Source: Candidatus Micrarchaeota archaeon (GTDB lineage: Archaea > Micrarchaeota > Micrarchaeia > Anstonellales > Anstonellaceae). Taken from it: a stretch of DNA of 64,000 nucleotides. The first letter of the stretch is position 1, and every line of letters begins with the position of its first letter. The notes beneath the pieces are model-generated. The model had not been told where the DNA came from. It was given only the letters and a program-made list of their open reading frames with translations, and did no database searches. The stretch lies in contig JAKAJC010000004.1 of NCBI GenBank assembly GCA_021814005.1, positions 230-64,229 on the forward strand, in the 5' to 3' direction. Below are positions 62,691-64,000 of the stretch, piece by piece. The translations under genes and the position numbers were made by a program.

Positions 62691-63752
62691 ATGCAAACTA
62701 CTGGTCATTTTATGCCACGGCATGCACGCGCAAAGCGCCATCAGCCAAAAAGCCAGCCCGCCCGCCCCAAACTTCTTGTTGCAGTGGCAGGCGCGTCGGG
62801 CCGATTGGGCCTTCACGTGCTGCGCAAGCTCCGCTCGCACAGATGGCGCTGCGTTGCGCTTGTGCGCTCGCGCGCGGCCGCGCAGAAGCTGCCAAAAGGA
62901 ATCAATTGGCGGCTGGTGGACTATTCCGACGTCGACGCGCTTGCGCTCACGCTGGCCGATGTCACCCACATAGTGAACTGCACCGGCAGGCCGGACCAGA
63001 ATTCCTCCCTGCACGAAATGATGGCTGCCAACGTGCTGCCCACCCGCGCCCTCCTGATTGCATCCCCGGCTGCCTTGCAGAAATTCGTGCACATCAGCTC
63101 CATTTCAGTCTATGGCTGGAATCCAAAAAGCGGGGCAGACGAATTCTCGCCCCGCCGGCCGGACACGCCGTATGCGCACAGCAAGCTGGAGGCGGAAAAA
63201 CTCGTGCTGGCGCAGGCCCACAAGCGGCCAGTCGTGGTGCTGCAGCCGGGCATGATATTTGGCACAGATTTTCACGAAGGATTCTGGCCCGCCCTGCGCA
63301 TGATTATGCAGGGGCAGATGAGAATTCTTGGAAGCGGAAAGAACCGCCTGCCCCTTGTGCATGTTGACGATGTTGCGAGAGGAATAATTTGCGCCCTTCG
63401 CGCCCCCGTCATTTCCGGCTCGGTATTTTTGCTTGTCGGCCCCGAACAAATCACGCAGGAAAAGGCAATCTCTTCAGCCGCCGTCGAGCTTGGCGTCATG
63501 GCACCGCAAAGCCATCTTTCTCTTCACCTTGCCAATCTTATGTCTCACAGCCATTCATTTGTGCGAAGTTTGCAGGGCCGCCAGTCATCCCTTAGCCCTG
63601 AAATGGTGCGCCAGATGTCGTCAGACCGTTTCTTCGACTGCTCGCGCGCGCGCACGCTTTTGCACTGGCGGCCTTCCGTACCATTTAAAATAGGTCTAAG
63701 GCAAGTCGTATCACAGTTCGAATCATCGCAGCGAGGCGAATCCTATGGCTGA
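62691..63752 (+). CDS. NAD-dependent epimerase/dehydratase (extended SDR)
   Basis: Rossmann VAVAGASGRLG, and YAHSK (YxxxK) after ISSISVYG. The start is uncertain (62691 or 62712). Confidence 0.8.
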   Translation: MQTTGHFMPRHARAKRHQPKSQPARPKLLVAVAGASGRLGLHVLRKLRSHRWRCVALVRSRAAAQKLPKGINWRLVDYSDVDALALTLADVTHIVNCTGRPDQNSSLHEMMAANVLPTRALLIASPAALQKFVHISSISVYGWNPKSGADEFSPRRPDTPYAHSKLEAEKLVLAQAHKRPVVVLQPGMIFGTDFHEGFWPALRMIMQGQMRILGSGKNRLPLVHVDDVARGIICALRAPVISGSVFLLVGPEQITQEKAISSAAVELGVMAPQSHLSLHLANLMSHSHSFVRSLQGRQSSLSPEMVRQMSSDRFFDCSRARTLLHWRPSVPFKIGLRQVVSQFESSQRGESYG

Positions 63753-64000
63753 CAAAACCTACCAATATCTTCTCGAGTCACTCTCGGCGCGCGGCGCATT
63801 GCTGGCCGCCCTAATCGACCCCCTCGACCACCCAAGCCCTGCCGCGGCAGTGAAGGCCGGCGTGTCGGCAGCCAATGCTGGCGCAGACTATGTGCTTATC
63901 GGCGGCTCCACCGGGGTGGGCGGAGAGCTCCTTGATGGAGTTGCAAAAGACATCAAATCCCAAATTTCGGTGCCGCTCGTTCTTTTCCCCGGCAATGTGA
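63745..64000 (+). CDS. Geranylgeranylglyceryl phosphate synthase (PcrB/GGGPS family), 5' partial at the window edge
   Basis: ALIDPLD...GADYVLIGGSTGV...VPLVLFPGN is the GGGPS pattern. ATG 63745 overlaps the upstream stop (ATGGCTGA). Truncated by the window end. Confidence 0.8.
   Translation, partial: MADKTYQYLLESLSARGALLAALIDPLDHPSPAAAVKAGVSAANAGADYVLIGGSTGVGGELLDGVAKDIKSQISVPLVLFPGNV

Noticed and set aside
62604-63367. ORFs 62604..63092 (minus) and 62669..63367 (plus) overlapping the SDR epimerase gene
   Set aside because: The SDR frame carries the Rossmann GxxGxxG and YxxxK motifs, while the others are shadow frames.
1-64000. Search for integrases, transposases, IS elements, rRNA genes and CRISPR-cas
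   Set aside because: None was recognisable in any frame or strand by eye. The only mobile-element-like signal is the direct-repeat-flanked block at 57988-58260, reported separately with low confidence.

Overview
GC-rich (roughly 60% by eye, not computed) archaeal chromosome segment. All family calls rest on motif recognition by eye, with no database search. The housekeeping backbone includes the exosome/proteasome superoperon on the minus strand (psmA, SBDS, rrp4, rrp41, rrp42, rpl37ae, rpoP). It also includes NMD3, gatD-gatE, aIF5A, S24e-S27ae, kae1, purM, a thermosome subunit, an OB-fold SSB, CutA, UppP and a partial GGGP synthase. There are four tRNAs: His (39-nt intron, encoded G-1), Phe, Gln and Val. 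First genes of transcription units typically have a TATA-like box 22-31 nt upstream of the start codon (leaderless pattern), while internal genes have GGTG/GAGG Shine-Dalgarno-like sites. The outstanding feature is a ~22-kb, nine-gene, tightly coupled plus-strand operon (9646-31864, about one third of the window) encoding 7365 aa, none of which I can assign to a known family. Six of the nine proteins are paralogs sharing a polytopic membrane module with gapless invariant motifs (Y-x17-E; L-R-x5-R-x2-G-x14-P; a C-terminal [LF]-G-x-[ED] tail). Two of these paralogs carry large Cys-containing ectodomains: gene 5 has ~80 Cys with ten C-P-x-x-C-[RK] motifs, and gene 7 has five tandem ~110-aa repeats. 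The other three genes encode a bitopic giant with a ~1190-aa Cys-poor, probably cytoplasmic region, a soluble basic-tailed protein, and a 1554-aa Cys-rich lipobox protein. I interpret this as a candidate undescribed envelope-spanning surface apparatus. Secondary items are a LonB-like AAA+ ATPase lacking both protease domain and TM insert, an orphan HerA-like ATPase with a repeat-decorated divergent promoter, a ~250-bp GC-rich structured insert flanked by 11-nt direct repeats, and a purine mirror-repeat/hairpin element.
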